A stretch of DNA of 64,000 nt from Candidatus Poribacteria bacterium (GTDB lineage: Bacteria; Poribacteria; WGA-4E; GCA-2687025): assembly GCA_963665845.2 (NCBI GenBank), contig OY762492.1, positions 3,232,001-3,296,000 on the forward strand, written 5' to 3'. The position numbers and the translations under genes were made by a program. Position 1 is the first letter of the stretch, and each line of letters starts with the position of its first letter. Shown here in pieces: positions 1-9,829 of the stretch. Under the pieces are notes generated by a model, which was not told the origin of the DNA, did no database searches, and worked only from the letters and a program-made list of their open reading frames with translations.

Positions 1-630
1 TCCGTTCCGCGCGATGAACAGTACCGTTTCCGATTTTCCCAAAAACGACTCGCATTCCACGTTTTCATCTGGGCGGTGAAGATAGAGCGGGCGGTCTTTC
101 CAGCCGCGTATCGTGACGGTCCACATGCGCTGCCCGGAGCGGCTTGAATACAGAACCCAGAGCGGATTGGCGGGGCAGCAATGCGCGCGGCGTATAGAGC
201 GGGGCGGGTCGAAGAAGATTTGAGCGTCGGATCCGTCCGTTTGAATGCGGGCGAGGGCGTCCGAGGCGTCTTTTCGGACGACAGCGGCCAGCGCCGTTTC
301 GTCTGCATTCAGGCTCAGCGAATCCAGAACGGCGCTGTCAAAATCTGCCAGCGTCCGCTCCTCCAATGTATCTAAATGAAGACGCATCGCCTTTCCGCCG
401 ACAGCGTAATACAGATACGGCTCCGCCGCGCTCAAGACAGGCGACGACGGACAAACCTTTCCCGAATCGGTCAACGGAACGATGGCGCCCGAATCGAGCG
501 GCGCGCTGTAAAGGTTCCACCCGCCGGCGCGGTTCGACAGAAACAGAAGGCGCGTTTCGTCCGCGTCTATCGAGGAGCTTGCGTAGGGCAGAGGGCGGTT
601 TTCATGCGGGCCGGCGGCGATCGTTTTCAT
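1..630 (-). CDS. Beta-propeller protein, oligogalacturonate-lyase/TolB-like (runs off the window edge)
   Basis: Not in the ORF track because no stop lies in the window. Manual translation from ATG 630: MKTIAAGPHENRPLPYASSSIDADETRLLFLSNRAGGWNLYSAPLDSGAIVPLTDSG...; the start overlaps the upstream gene's stop (ATGA). Confidence 0.65.
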   Translation of the reverse strand, partial: MKTIAAGPHENRPLPYASSSIDADETRLLFLSNRAGGWNLYSAPLDSGAIVPLTDSGKVCPSSPVLSAAEPYLYYAVGGKAMRLHLDTLEERTLADFDSAVLDSLSLNADETALAAVVRKDASDALARIQTDGSDAQIFFDPPRSIRRAHCCPANPLWVLYSSRSGQRMWTVTIRGWKDRPLYLHRPDENVECESFLGKSETVLFIARNG

Positions 631-1634
631 CCGTCCGCGTCCGGCGCCGGCCATTCCACCGTTTCAGGGTCCGCGCCGATGGTCAAGATCCATTCGCCGG
701 CGGAGGCGGACGGATACAGCGGCTTCGCCCAGACGACGCCTGAAACGGGCGCCGCAATCGTCTCCAACGGCTCGTCAAACAGGTTTCGCATCGTGGCGAT
801 CGTTTGCCCCGCCTCGACTTGGTCGTATAGGTTCACATGCAGGTCGGCAAATCCGCCTCGGTTGCATCGGACGGTGACGAATTCGCGCACCAGCGTTTGC
901 CGCGCCGGGACATCCGCCTCCCCTTCGATCAACCCGTGATAGCGCAGTATGTTCATGACGCCGCGCAGCCCTTTTTGAACGCTGTTTTCGTCAAAGCCGT
1001 GGCAGCCGCCCAGTTCAGGGTCGATGGTCGGAATGCCGCGGTCGGGCGCTTCTTGGGCGAGTTGACCCGCCGGACCCTGCTCGTCCAGTATGTAACCGAC
1101 GCCGAACAGAAGGGCAAGCTCCATGCAGGCGGAATGGGCGGGATGGTCGGGCGCTGTGCGAACGCGCACCTCGTCGATCATCGGGCGGACGCCGCCTTGG
1201 TGCAGGTCGATGCAGATGTCCGCTTTCAGAACGGCTTGAAAAAGTGCATGGGCGAGCCGTTCGCTTGCGGAGCCGTCCGGACATCCTGGAAAGCAGCGGT
1301 TCAGTTTTCGTCCGTCCACGGGGTTGAAAGCGGTTCGCGCGCGGAACGCCTGTATATTGGCGACCGGAACGAGAATGAGTCCGCCGCAAAGCTGTTCAGG
1401 ATCGATGCGCCGCAGGAGCCGGTGAACGACCGCCGCGCCGTTCAGTTCGTCCCCGTCGCTGACCGCCTGTATGTAGACGACCTTGCCGGGATTTCGTCCG
1501 CGTAGGAGAACGAACGGGACGCGCGCCGCCGACCCGTCATGCGATTCGCCGACCGTCAAATAGCTCTGAACGCGCTCTCCCGGCAGGGCGGCGGCGCCGT
1601 CCAGCTCAAGCGGCTCGTTTCGTCCATGCAGCAT
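627..1634 (-). CDS. Succinylglutamate desuccinylase/aspartoacylase (M14-like) family protein
   Basis: Motifs SDGDELNG, RKLNRCFPG, DLHQGG, PELGG and a C-terminal hybrid-like domain. Start moved to ATG 1634 (MLHGRNE) to avoid overlap with the ABC ATPase. Confidence 0.85.
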   Translation of the reverse strand: MLHGRNEPLELDGAAALPGERVQSYLTVGESHDGSAARVPFVLLRGRNPGKVVYIQAVSDGDELNGAAVVHRLLRRIDPEQLCGGLILVPVANIQAFRARTAFNPVDGRKLNRCFPGCPDGSASERLAHALFQAVLKADICIDLHQGGVRPMIDEVRVRTAPDHPAHSACMELALLFGVGYILDEQGPAGQLAQEAPDRGIPTIDPELGGCHGFDENSVQKGLRGVMNILRYHGLIEGEADVPARQTLVREFVTVRCNRGGFADLHVNLYDQVEAGQTIATMRNLFDEPLETIAAPVSGVVWAKPLYPSASAGEWILTIGADPETVEWPAPDADG

Positions 1635-1638
1635 GGGG

Positions 1639-2379
1639 CTATTCGTGTTCGCCGGCGAGGCTGCCGACATGGATGTCGATCTCGTCCCGGTCGCGTATCT
1701 GCTCCACCTTGCCGTCGCGGATATAGACGACGCGGTCGGAGACATCCAGCATTTTCAGATCATGGGTCGCGCTGACAACGGTCACATTCTGCGATTCGTT
1801 CAGCTCTTTGAGCAGGTTGATGATTTCGCGCCCCGTTTTGGTGTCCAGGTTGGCGGTCGGTTCGTCCGCGAGGACGATGTCAGGATCGTTGGCGAGCGCC
1901 CGCGCGATGGCGACGCGCTGCTGCTGCCCCCCTGAAAGTTCGGTCGGGCGGTGGCTCCATCGGTCGCCGAGTCCGACGATGGAGAGCAGCTCCTTGCCGC
2001 GCTCCTCGCGCTGTTTCGGGGACAGCCCGGCGAAGATCATCGGCAGCGTTACATTTTCCAGCGCCGTCATGACGATGAGCAGGTTGAACGACTGAAAGAT
2101 ATACCCCATGCGGTTGCAGCGTATCCAGGCAAGCTGCTCCATCGTCAGCTGCGCCATGTTTTCGCCTTCGATAAAGACGTCGCCTTTGGTGGGCTGGTCT
2201 AAGGCGCCGACCATGTTGAAGAGCGTCGATTTGCCGGAGCCGGAGGGTCCCATCAGCGACAGATATTCGCCGCGGCGGATGTCCAGGTCGATTCCGTCCA
2301 GCGCGTGGACGACCTCGGATCCCATTCGATATTCTTTATGAACGCCGATTGCGCTTACGACGATGTCGTTCGCCGCCAT
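1639..2379 (-). CDS. ABC transporter ATP-binding protein (LolD/MacB type)
   Basis: GPSGSGKST, LSGGQQQRVAIARAL, LADEPT, ATHD. Confidence 0.95.
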   Translation of the reverse strand: MAANDIVVSAIGVHKEYRMGSEVVHALDGIDLDIRRGEYLSLMGPSGSGKSTLFNMVGALDQPTKGDVFIEGENMAQLTMEQLAWIRCNRMGYIFQSFNLLIVMTALENVTLPMIFAGLSPKQREERGKELLSIVGLGDRWSHRPTELSGGQQQRVAIARALANDPDIVLADEPTANLDTKTGREIINLLKELNESQNVTVVSATHDLKMLDVSDRVVYIRDGKVEQIRDRDEIDIHVGSLAGEHE

Positions 2380-2396
2380 CCGCTCCCTCTCCTTTT

Positions 2397-3095
2397 TTAA
2401 ACCTCGACGCGCATCGCTTCAACAGGAGGCATTTTTGCGGCGCGGAACGCCGGCCCCGCGGCGCCGACGACCGCGAGCGCCATCCCGACAAGGCAGCCAA
2501 GCAGAATGACAGGGGCGACTCCGAGCGGCGCGCCGTTCACATCGGTGAACCACGGAAACTGATAAAAGACGCGCCAGAGGCTCCATCCGGCGGCGCGCAG
2601 GTTCACCAGAAGCGCAAAGAGCGTTCCGACGATGGAGCCGGCGATGGCGCCCGCTAAGCCCTGTAGACTCGATTCCAATAAAAACAGCAGCACCACGAAC
2701 CGATCCAAAGCCCCCAGACATTTCATCGTTCCGATCTCCCGAAACCGCTCCGTCACCGACATGAGCATCGCGTTAGAGATGCCGACGACGCAGACGATGA
2801 GCGACATGATCACAAGCCAGACCTGATGCGGCGGTATGGTCGGCTCCGCTTCTTGGGCGAGGGAGTCGACCGTTTGCGTTTCGTCCGCCTGCACGGCGGC
2901 TTCGATGGTGTTGCCTGAAATAACGGCGACCAGAAAGGCGATGCCGAAGAGAATGCCGAGCGTTGTGATGATGGAGCGCCAAAAACGTATTTTGAGGCTC
3001 TGGAAACTGATGCGCACCGCCTCTGAAAACGGCAGGCGTATCTGACTTCGAATTGCGGAATCGGACTGCGCTTGCTGCTCCATCGCATTCTCCAC
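2397..3095 (-). CDS. FtsX-like ABC permease, short
   Basis: RSIITTLGILFGIA, GISNAMLMSVTERFREIGTMKCLGA, PAFRAAKMPPVEAMR. Confidence 0.88.
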   Translation of the reverse strand: MENAMEQQAQSDSAIRSQIRLPFSEAVRISFQSLKIRFWRSIITTLGILFGIAFLVAVISGNTIEAAVQADETQTVDSLAQEAEPTIPPHQVWLVIMSLIVCVVGISNAMLMSVTERFREIGTMKCLGALDRFVVLLFLLESSLQGLAGAIAGSIVGTLFALLVNLRAAGWSLWRVFYQFPWFTDVNGAPLGVAPVILLGCLVGMALAVVGAAGPAFRAAKMPPVEAMRVEV

Positions 3096-3109
3096 TTTTA
3101 ACGAAATAT

Positions 3110-3138
3110 AGGGTAGCGGATGCGCGGCGGTTTGTCAA
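3110..3138 (-). promoter_or_regulatory. Sigma70-type promoter for the permease operon
   Basis: TTGACA-N17-TACCCT on the minus strand just upstream of the permease start. Confidence 0.5.
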
Positions 3139-3151
3139 CATGAGGAATTTA

Positions 3152-3395
3152 TCGCCCCCTTGAAAAGCGGGGCTGGGGGTTTTCTGAACTCCCCCCTTGA
3201 AAAGGGGGGCAGGGGGGTTTAAGGGCGGGCGCGCAGTCTGCTGGGTTTCAGAACTAGGATGGAAGGATTGAAAAGATTGCCAAGAATGCCCATCCTGATA
3301 ATCTTTTCAATCTTGGAAATCCTAGTTCAAACGACAACGGCGGGTAGGGCGCGGGGTTTCTAGACTCCCCTTGAAAAGCGGGCTGGGGGTTTTGG
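3152..3395. repeat. Composite intergenic repeat: C-run/G-run palindromes plus GAACTAGGAT...ATCCTAGTTC inverted-repeat element
   Basis: Three CCCCTTGAAAAG(C/G)GGGG units and inverted repeat 3251-3328; similar copies occur elsewhere in the window. Confidence 0.8.
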
Positions 3396-3447
3396 TTCCG
3401 CGCCCAGAATGCATGTCCTCGTAGAGACTCCCCGATCAAACTTTTTC

Positions 3448-3476
3448 TTGACGCGCCGTCTCCGTTATGGTAATCT
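3448..3476 (+). promoter_or_regulatory. Sigma70-type promoter with extended -10
   Basis: TTGACG-N17-TAATCT with TG just upstream of the -10. Confidence 0.45.
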
Positions 3477-3508
3477 GCCGTTCCAATGCCAAGAAAAAGG
3501 AGCGCAGA

Positions 3509-4105
3509 ATGCGAATGCGAATCATTTACGGAATAGGCGCGGCGGCCGTTTTGGCGCTGGCGCTGGGCGGATGCGCGGCGGTGGTCGGAGGCGCCGCCGG
3601 CGGCGAATTGAGCGACAATCTGGCGCTCGCCTCCGCAGGAGCCGCCGCCAACAATCCAGTGTTCAACGACGGAAATATCTACACGCAAGCCCCGACGCAA
3701 ACGCCCAAGATCGACAGAGGCGACCCGAACTGGCGCGAAGCCGAACGGTACACCATCGCCGAGGTGCTGTTCAAACAGCCGACAAAGGTGAACCAGATCG
3801 TTGTCCGATCTAAAGACCTTGACAGACCTCTGCAGCAAGGAATGTGGATCGCGCTGGAGTATCTCGACGACGACGAATGGAAAACGGCTAAAAAGTGGCA
3901 GCACGGCTCTGTGCCGCGCAACCCGAAGGTCAATATGGACGCGACCGCCGGCGGAATCCGCGTGCGAGTCAAACGTCCGTCATCCTTCTTCGCAGGCGGG
4001 GCAGGCTCCTCCGGACAAAGCGGCGACAACGGCGAACGGCTCATCTACGAGGTGGAAGCGTACCAGTATCTTCCCGAAGAACAGCTTCCCGCCGAAGAAG
4101 GCTAA
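3509..4105 (+). CDS. Hypothetical lipoprotein, possibly a discoidin/galactose-binding-like beta-sandwich
   Basis: RBS AAGGAG before ATG 3509; lipobox LGGC; C-terminal LIYEVEAY strand. Confidence 0.7.
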   Translation: MRMRIIYGIGAAAVLALALGGCAAVVGGAAGGELSDNLALASAGAAANNPVFNDGNIYTQAPTQTPKIDRGDPNWREAERYTIAEVLFKQPTKVNQIVVRSKDLDRPLQQGMWIALEYLDDDEWKTAKKWQHGSVPRNPKVNMDATAGGIRVRVKRPSSFFAGGAGSSGQSGDNGERLIYEVEAYQYLPEEQLPAEEG

Positions 4106-4113
4106 GCCCGTCC

Positions 4114-5637
4114 ATGCCTAGAACGGAACTGGACGACGAGACGCGCGCGGTCGTCTTGCTGAACGAGGTGAAAGGGCTTGGCGCCGTCAACATCGCCAAG
4201 CTGGTCGGCTATTACGGCAGAGCCGACCGCGTCTTGAAGGCGTCCGACCGCGAACTGCAGGAAGCGGGGCTGCCGTCTACGGTGATTGCGCGCATCCAAG
4301 AGGCGCGCCGAGCGGCTGAAGACCCGGAAGACGAGCATCGCGGAATCGACCCTAAAACGGCGCGGCTGCTGCGCGATCCGAGCCTCGGCTTCGTTCATTG
4401 GAGAGACGAGGATTATCCGCCGCTGCTGCGCCATATCTACGCGCCTCCCGCGATGCTGTACGCGCGCGGATCGCTGGAAGGGGTCGGCAAAAGCGCGGTG
4501 GCGATGGTCGGCTCGCGCAGCGGATCGCGCGGCGCTCTTGAAGCGGCGCATCGAATCGCATACGAGCTTGCCGAAGCGGGTCTCGTTGTTGTGAGCGGGC
4601 TTGCTAAAGGCATTGACGCCGCGGCGCACCATGGCGCGTTGGACGGCGGGGGGCGCACCGTCGCCGTTTTGCCGTCCGGTCTGGGTACCGATATTTACCC
4701 GTTTCAAAACAAAAAGCTGTCCGAGAGGATCCTCGAATCGGGCGCGCTCGTCTCGGAGCTGCCGATGACGTTTCCCGTAAGAAGAACGAATTTTGAACAG
4801 CGCAACCGCATCATCAGCGGCATGTGCTGGGCGACCGTCATTGTGCAGGCGCAGATGCGCAGCGGCTCGCTCATCACGGCGCGCCACGCGCTGGACGCCG
4901 GCAGAACCGTCTTCGCGATGGAGTGGGGCAATACGCCGTTGGCGGCAGGCTCCAACATGCTCCTTGAGGAAGGCGCCGAGCCGGCGGAATCGGCAGAGTG
5001 TATTTTGAAACATCTTCGCCGCCCGGCGCCTACGGAGGTTCATGTCGACCTTGAAACCGCCGCGCAGACGCTCTGGGAAGCGTTGTCGGAGAAGCCGACC
5101 TATATCGACGCGCTGGAACATTCCACAGGTCTTCCTAAGGAGGTGATCCTCGACGCGCTGCAGATACTTGAAGAGCGGGAGATGGCGCGTCAGCGCGCCG
5201 GCATGCGTTATACGCGCTTGGAGCGGCCCGATCAGCCCGACCATCCCGACTCGACGGCGCCGCCCAGGGCGGAACCTCAAAACGAGGCGAAACCCAAGAC
5301 GAAGCCTAAAACGGAGCCAAAGCCCCGCCGGACGGCTAGACCTCGACGGGAACCGCGCGAAGAAGAACGGCGGGAGACTGACGCTCCAAAACGCGAGCCG
5401 AAACGGAAGACAACCGAACCGAAGCGCCGATCAAACGAAGCGGAGCCTGACCTGGAAGGGGCGGAGGCAAAGGTATGGGAGGCGCTGACCGATCAGCCCG
5501 CGCATATCGACTCCATAACGCAGGCGACGGGGCTGTCCGCCCAGGCAGTGTCGACAACTCTCCTGACGCTTGAGCTGAAAGACCTTGCCCAGCAGCATCC
5601 TGGGATGCTTTACAGCCGCGTCAAAATACGGCGGTAA
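4114..5637 (+). CDS. dprA: DNA processing protein DprA with two C-terminal winged-helix domains
   Basis: YPPLLRHI, VAMVGSR, VVSGLAKGIDAAAH, FEQRNRIISG, SGSLITARHA; start at ATG 4114 (MPRTELD). Confidence 0.93.
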   Translation: MPRTELDDETRAVVLLNEVKGLGAVNIAKLVGYYGRADRVLKASDRELQEAGLPSTVIARIQEARRAAEDPEDEHRGIDPKTARLLRDPSLGFVHWRDEDYPPLLRHIYAPPAMLYARGSLEGVGKSAVAMVGSRSGSRGALEAAHRIAYELAEAGLVVVSGLAKGIDAAAHHGALDGGGRTVAVLPSGLGTDIYPFQNKKLSERILESGALVSELPMTFPVRRTNFEQRNRIISGMCWATVIVQAQMRSGSLITARHALDAGRTVFAMEWGNTPLAAGSNMLLEEGAEPAESAECILKHLRRPAPTEVHVDLETAAQTLWEALSEKPTYIDALEHSTGLPKEVILDALQILEEREMARQRAGMRYTRLERPDQPDHPDSTAPPRAEPQNEAKPKTKPKTEPKPRRTARPRREPREEERRETDAPKREPKRKTTEPKRRSNEAEPDLEGAEAKVWEALTDQPAHIDSITQATGLSAQAVSTTLLTLELKDLAQQHPGMLYSRVKIRR

Positions 5638-5692
5638 TGGACAAACTCATCCGAGCCGAGAATCGCCGCAGACTCCCCGTATTGTAAGGGAG

Positions 5693-7297
5693 CTAGGGCG
5701 CCGTTTCCGCTGTCAGCGAGGTTCGCCAAAAGTGTTTCCACGTCAGCGGATGGGGCTTGTAGTTGGCGACATTCGCGCGGGCGGCGACCACATCTTTCAC
5801 ATGCGCGACCGGAACCCATGGGGCGTCCTCGCGGACAATCTCCTGCGCCCTGCGGTACAGTTCGACCCGTTTTTCTTGGCTCGACTCCCGCTGCGCCTCT
5901 AACAGCAGCTCTTGGAGCGCGTCGCTCTTGTAAAAGGCGATGTTGCCCGCCGGCTTCTTCGCGTTGTCCTTGCTCAAGAGAACGTAGAGGAAATTGTCAG
6001 GGTCGGGATAATCGGCGATCCATCCCAGCATTCCGAGGTCATGCTCGCCGCTCTGCACCGCGTCCAGATAGGTTTGCCACTCCAGATTGTCCTTGGTGTT
6101 GACCGGTATGCCGACCTTCTCCAGATCGGACTGTATCGCCAGCCCAACCGACTTCGGATCCAAAAAGTAAGGGCGCGGATTCGACATGATATACAGCTCA
6201 AGCGGCTGCTCAAAGCCGTTCGGCAGCGCCTCTTGGATGAGAGCGCGCGCCTTTTCGGGGTCGTATTCAAACGGCTCAATATCGTCGTTGTAACTCCATA
6301 ACGTCGGCGGGATCGGATTCTTAGCCGCGGACGCCAGCCCGCCGTACAGCTTGTCGACGATCTTCTGCTTGTCGATGGCATGGTTGACGGCGTGTCGGAC
6401 GCGCGGGTCGTCCATCGGCGGCTTCTGCGTGTTCATGGCGATGTAGCCGACATTCATGCCCTCCTCTTCAAAGATGCGCAGCTCTGGGTTTTCGCGCACT
6501 TTTGGGACGCTTTGCGGCTCAATGAATTCTAGGAGGTGGATGGCGCCGCGCTCCAGCTCCAGCAGGCGTGTGACGCTTTCCGGTATGGAGCGGAAGACCA
6601 CGTTTTTGAGCGGCGGGCGCCCTCCCCAGTACTCGTCGTTGCGTTCCAGGACGATGCGGTCTCCCGCCGACCAAGAGAGCAGCTTGAAGGGGCCGGTGCC
6701 GACAGGGTTCATCCCGAAATTGGCGCCGGATTCCTGCATCGCTCTTGGGCTGGCGATGGCGAACGGCGGCAGCGCCAGCGCGTACAGAAACGGGGTGTAC
6801 GGTTTTTTCAGGGTGAAGACGACGCGGTAGTCCCCGTCCGCTTCGACGCTCTCGATGATATTGTCCATGCCGAGGTCGATCCAGTACAGGTAGGGTCCGC
6901 CCTGTTTATGGAGCGGATGCGCGGGGTCGTACTGCCGTTGAAACGACTGGACGACCGCGTCGGCGGTGAACAGATCGCCGTTGTGAAAATGGACGCCGCG
7001 CCGCAGCTCAAAAGTCCATGTGAGGTTGTCGTCGGAGGGCGTCCATGAGCGCGCCAGCCCAGGCTCGATCTCCATCGAGTCGCGGGCGTATTGTATGAGC
7101 GTGTCGAAGATCAGTTCCGCCACCTTGAACGATTCGCCGTCGTTCACTTGGGCGGCGTCTAGGCTGCCGGAGTCGGCGCCCCTGCCGATGATGAAGGTGG
7201 CAAGCGGGTCTGGTTTATCGCCGCCGCATCCGATGAGCGCCGCAAGCGCCGCTCCCGCCAAGATGAGCAGGGCGCCGCGCCGCATGAAATTTTTCAA
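5693..7297 (-). CDS. ABC transporter substrate-binding lipoprotein, family 5 (DppA/OppA-like)
   Basis: Lipobox LIGC, LRRGVHFHNG, PVGTGPFKL, DPRVRHAVNHAID, GWIADYPDPDNF. Confidence 0.93.
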   Translation of the reverse strand: MKNFMRRGALLILAGAALAALIGCGGDKPDPLATFIIGRGADSGSLDAAQVNDGESFKVAELIFDTLIQYARDSMEIEPGLARSWTPSDDNLTWTFELRRGVHFHNGDLFTADAVVQSFQRQYDPAHPLHKQGGPYLYWIDLGMDNIIESVEADGDYRVVFTLKKPYTPFLYALALPPFAIASPRAMQESGANFGMNPVGTGPFKLLSWSAGDRIVLERNDEYWGGRPPLKNVVFRSIPESVTRLLELERGAIHLLEFIEPQSVPKVRENPELRIFEEEGMNVGYIAMNTQKPPMDDPRVRHAVNHAIDKQKIVDKLYGGLASAAKNPIPPTLWSYNDDIEPFEYDPEKARALIQEALPNGFEQPLELYIMSNPRPYFLDPKSVGLAIQSDLEKVGIPVNTKDNLEWQTYLDAVQSGEHDLGMLGWIADYPDPDNFLYVLLSKDNAKKPAGNIAFYKSDALQELLLEAQRESSQEKRVELYRRAQEIVREDAPWVPVAHVKDVVAARANVANYKPHPLTWKHFWRTSLTAETAP

Positions 7298-8271
7298 TTC
7301 GGTTTCTCCGTTCTGGAACGCATGAGGTTTGCGAAGTACTCGACCGTATGGCGCAGCCCCTCTTCAAGCGAGACGCGCGGCTCCCATCCGAGCAGTTTTC
7401 GGGCGCGCGCGATGTCGGGGCGGCGCTGCTTCGGGTCGTCTGAATGCGGGTTTTCAATGAAGGTCAAACGGCTCTTGCTGCCGGCGATGCGCACAATCGT
7501 TTCCGCCAGCTTCAGGATCGTGACCTCCGTGTCGGGGTTGCCGATGTTAACAGGCTCCGTTTCGTTCGACATGAGCAGGCGGTAGACGCCCTCCACCTCA
7601 TCCTCCACATAGCACAGGCTGCGCGTTTGGGAGCCGTCGCCATGGATGGTGATGTCGTCGCCTTTCAGCGCTTGGTTGATGAAGTTGGGAATGGCGCGTC
7701 CGTCGTCGGGCCGCATGCGGGGTCCGTAGGTGTTGAAAATGCGCAGCAGGCGCGTTTCGATGCCGTATTTTCGGCGGAACGCCATCGTCAGCGCTTCGGC
7801 GTAACGCTTCGCCTCGTCGTAGACGCTTCGGCGTCCGATCGGGTTCACATTTCCCCAATACGACTCCGGCTGCGGGCTGACGAGCGGATCGCCGTACACC
7901 TCCGAGGTGGACGCCTGCATGAAGACAGCGTTTTGACGCAGCGCCAATTCCAGCAGATGATAGGTACCCCACGCCCCCGTCCGCATGATCTCAATGGCGA
8001 GCGGGTCGAAGTCGACAGGGCTGGCGGGGCTGGCGAAGTTCAGGACATAATCTATTTTTTGGTTGATGCGTATCGGCTGGGCGATGTCTGCCTGGATAAA
8101 CAGAAAATCAGGTTCGTTGACAAGGTGGGCGGTGTTGTCGGTTCTGCCCGTTTGGAGATTGTCGAGGCACAGAATGCGGTATCCTTCTTTTAAGAAGCGG
8201 TCGCACAGGTGCGAGCCGATAAAGCCGGACCCGCCGGCGATCAGAACGGTTCGTTTGCGGTGAGATGACAC
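7294..8271 (-). CDS. UDP-glucuronate decarboxylase-like NAD-dependent epimerase/dehydratase
   Basis: GGSGFIGSH, ASPASP, STSEVYGDP, YDEAKR, RIFNTYGPRM. Confidence 0.92.
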   Translation of the reverse strand: MSSHRKRTVLIAGGSGFIGSHLCDRFLKEGYRILCLDNLQTGRTDNTAHLVNEPDFLFIQADIAQPIRINQKIDYVLNFASPASPVDFDPLAIEIMRTGAWGTYHLLELALRQNAVFMQASTSEVYGDPLVSPQPESYWGNVNPIGRRSVYDEAKRYAEALTMAFRRKYGIETRLLRIFNTYGPRMRPDDGRAIPNFINQALKGDDITIHGDGSQTRSLCYVEDEVEGVYRLLMSNETEPVNIGNPDTEVTILKLAETIVRIAGSKSRLTFIENPHSDDPKQRRPDIARARKLLGWEPRVSLEEGLRHTVEYFANLMRSRTEKPN

Positions 8272-8324
8272 GTTCGCCCCTTAGACGCAGCCTCTAACTA
8301 TTTTTCAGCGCCTGCTAGGATGGA

Positions 8325-9536
8325 ATGATGACACAGACGACGGCAAAAGGCAAGCGGCGCGCTCGGCGCCTGCGGCTTCATCCGTGCAAGCGGCTCGACA
8401 TGTCCTGGGCGGACTGGCTCCTTGCGGCTGTCTGGGCGTTGAAAAATGCGGCGCGGCTGCCGGTCCGCCGTTCGGCTAAAGCGGCGCTGGCTTGGGAAAA
8501 CGCGCTCGTCTGTTTGACCGTCCGCTCCGCCTTCGACCTGTATCTTCAGGCGCAGGGTTGGCCGCCAGGGGGCGAGATCGTCTTCGCGGGGCTGACCGTG
8601 CCGGACATGCCGCGCATCGCTCAAGAACATGGGCTGCGACCCGTTCCGCTGGACATTGACCCGTTGACGGCGGAATGGAGCGTCAAGGCGTTGAAGCGGA
8701 GCGTCGGACCGCAGACGCGCGCCGTTGTGTTGACGCATCTGTTCGGCGCGAAGGCGGAGATCGAGCCGTCTCTAGAGATTGCGCATCGCGTCGGGGCGTC
8801 TGTTGTGGAGGATGGCGCGCAGGCGTACCGCGGGCAGGGCTGGCTTGGGCATCCAGAGGCGGATATATCGCTTTTTTCATTTGGACCGATGAAGACGGCG
8901 ACCGCTCTCGGCGGGGCGGTTGCGCGCGTCCGGCAGCCTGACATCCGCGAGCGCATGGCGCAGATACAGAGCGGCTGGCCGCTTCAGCCGGCGGGAGAAT
9001 ATCTGCGGCGCGTTCTGCTGGGCGGGCTGATGCTGGCGGGGTCGAACCCGACAGCGTACGGCGTCTTGAGCGCGCTGGCGGAGGCGGCGGGCGTCGACCG
9101 CGAAGCGGCGCTGCATCGGTTCACGCGCAATGTGCCGCCGGGGGAGCTTTGGGCGCGTCTTCGGCGCCGTCCGTGCGCGGCTCTGTCGGCGGTTTTGGCG
9201 AGGCGGCTGTCGCAGGGCGAGTCGCTTTTCGAACGTCGCCGACAGCTTGGACAGAAGCTGTTCGAGGCGGCGGGACCGGAGGCGCCCATCCCGACGCGCC
9301 ATGCGCCCGACCACGCTTTTTGGATGATTCCGCTGCTAGTTGAGGATGCGCCGGCGGCGAAGCGCCTTTTTCGGGCGCATGGGTTTGACGCGGTCTCCAA
9401 TCGGCTGTACCCTGCTCCCGGCGCTAGAGTCCCAGGGGCGGAACGGATCGCCGACGCGGTTTATCTTCCGTTCGACCCGCGCATGAGCGAACGCGAGATG
9501 GAGCGCCTCGGCGCGCTGGTGAAGCGGTATTTTTGA
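8325..9536 (+). CDS. DegT/DnrJ/EryC1/StrS-like PLP-dependent aminotransferase
   Basis: THLFG, VVEDGAQA, FSFGPMKTATALGG (PLP lysine). Confidence 0.8.
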   Translation: MMTQTTAKGKRRARRLRLHPCKRLDMSWADWLLAAVWALKNAARLPVRRSAKAALAWENALVCLTVRSAFDLYLQAQGWPPGGEIVFAGLTVPDMPRIAQEHGLRPVPLDIDPLTAEWSVKALKRSVGPQTRAVVLTHLFGAKAEIEPSLEIAHRVGASVVEDGAQAYRGQGWLGHPEADISLFSFGPMKTATALGGAVARVRQPDIRERMAQIQSGWPLQPAGEYLRRVLLGGLMLAGSNPTAYGVLSALAEAAGVDREAALHRFTRNVPPGELWARLRRRPCAALSAVLARRLSQGESLFERRRQLGQKLFEAAGPEAPIPTRHAPDHAFWMIPLLVEDAPAAKRLFRAHGFDAVSNRLYPAPGARVPGAERIADAVYLPFDPRMSEREMERLGALVKRYF

Positions 9537-9714
9537 TGAGGATACGGGTTCGCCGCGACGCGCATCGTCCCCCGCTTCCGCGAGGGCATGCATTCCTGCG
9601 CCCCTCCTCGTCATCCCGCGTAGGAGGTTTCCTAACGTTGACGCTTGAGTTGGGACATGTCGGCGCGCGGTTCCGTTTGGTCATTCGGATGCGGTATGAC
9701 GCTCCGCGCCTGTA

Positions 9715-9743
9715 TTGACGCGCATTCGGGGATATATTATGAT
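9715..9743 (+). promoter_or_regulatory. Sigma70-type promoter
   Basis: TTGACG-N17-TATGAT; a second TTGACA lies at 9767. Confidence 0.65.
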
Positions 9744-9829
9744 GTATTGCCGTTGCTAGATGCATCTTGACACGAAATGCTGCTAAAATATTGTTCAGTT
9801 GAGCGACAACGCATTGCGGTAGATAAGGA

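Noticed and set aside
3895-4113. Apparent N-terminal extension of DprA
   Set aside because: Overlaps the upstream lipoprotein gene; ATG 4114 follows its stop
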